Part shown: positions 54,031 through 54,243 of the stretch, piece after piece
How positions within the stretch are numbered: the first letter of the stretch is position 1
How the letters are laid out: every line of letters begins with the position of its first letter
Assembly (NCBI GenBank): GCA_934148875.1
Contig: CAKPDJ010000003.1
Coordinates: 1 to 54,243 of the forward strand
DNA: 54,243 bases
DNA from: an uncultured Bacilli bacterium
Lineage (GTDB): Bacteria > Bacillota_I > Bacilli_A > RF39 > UBA660
Reading direction: 5' to 3'
Program-made: the position numbers and the translations under genes
The notes under the pieces: model-generated
What the model was told of the DNA's origin: nothing
What the model saw: the letters and a program-made list of their open reading frames with translations, nothing else
The model's database searches: none

Positions 54031-54243
54031 TTATTTTATTTCTAATGATAATTTTTTTAGAGTATCAACATCAAGTCCAGTTATACGGGAAATAATAGAA
54101 ATATCCATATTTTCTTTCAACATATTCTTAGCTATTTCTGATTTTTGTTGTGCAATACCTTGTCCTATTCCTTGCTCAAGTCCATCTTTATAGGCTATCT
54201 TCTTTTCTGTATTTTGAATTAATCTTTGGTCTTCTTCATAACT
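54031..54243 (-). CDS. Rpn/YhgA-family PD-(D/E)XK nuclease / putative transposase, C-terminal fragment (5' end outside window)
   Basis: My own translation of the minus strand gives ...SYEEDQRLIQNTEKKIAYKDGLEQGIGQGIAQQKSEIAKNMLKENMDISIISRITGLDVDTLKKLSLEIK*. The GxExG-repeat + IAKNML + ITGL tail is characteristic of Rpn-family C-termini. Not in the ORF track. Confidence 0.55.
   Translation of the reverse strand, partial: SYEEDQRLIQNTEKKIAYKDGLEQGIGQGIAQQKSEIAKNMLKENMDISIISRITGLDVDTLKKLSLEIK

Noticed and set aside
1-54243. Search for tRNA, rRNA, CRISPR arrays, integrase/recombinase genes, relaxase genes and flanking direct repeats.
   Set aside because: I saw no G+C-rich structured RNA-like segments and no regularly spaced repeats. 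No ORF has tyrosine/serine recombinase or relaxase (HxH / catalytic Tyr) patterns. Direct repeats cannot be excluded by eye and need a computational self-comparison.

Overview
Very AT-rich, Bacillota (Firmicutes)-type DNA, transcribed almost entirely from the minus strand. All family calls were made by eye from motifs; no searches were run. There are three blocks. (i) 1-1.6 kb holds a VanZ/RDD-like membrane protein and a rhodanese. (ii) 1.7-34.5 kb is a surface-machinery super-cluster. It contains a VirB4/VirD4-type type IV secretion module: coupling protein, lipoprotein, SpoIID+NlpC/P60 cell-wall hydrolase, VirB4 apparently split in two, PrgI/VirB3-like, VirB6-like, and three tandem VirB2/TrbC-like pilin modules. 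This module is joined co-directionally to a Tad-type pilus module: Flp-like, TadE-like, TadZ-like, then CpaB, CpaF/TadA, TadB and TadC. The Tad module also carries an embedded class B sortase and very cysteine-rich secreted proteins, including one of 1006 aa. Two convergent GT-C-like membrane proteins interrupt the block. It is followed by a thioredoxin-like CxxC lipoprotein and a second sortase with a thioester-domain adhesin. (iii) 34.6-54.0 kb is one long ABC-transporter-dependent, rhamnose-type surface polysaccharide operon: rfbA, fused rfbC-rfbD, wzm/wzt, a WbdD-like terminator, multidomain glycosyltransferases, wecB, a GT-C::GT2 fusion with a DUF2304 partner, and galE. The window ends in a partial Rpn/YhgA-type nuclease gene. 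I saw no rRNA, tRNA, CRISPR, integrase, relaxase or prepilin peptidase. The most interesting signal is the relaxase-less T4SS+Tad composite with disulfide-bracketed VirB2-like modules fused to Cys-rich ectodomains.
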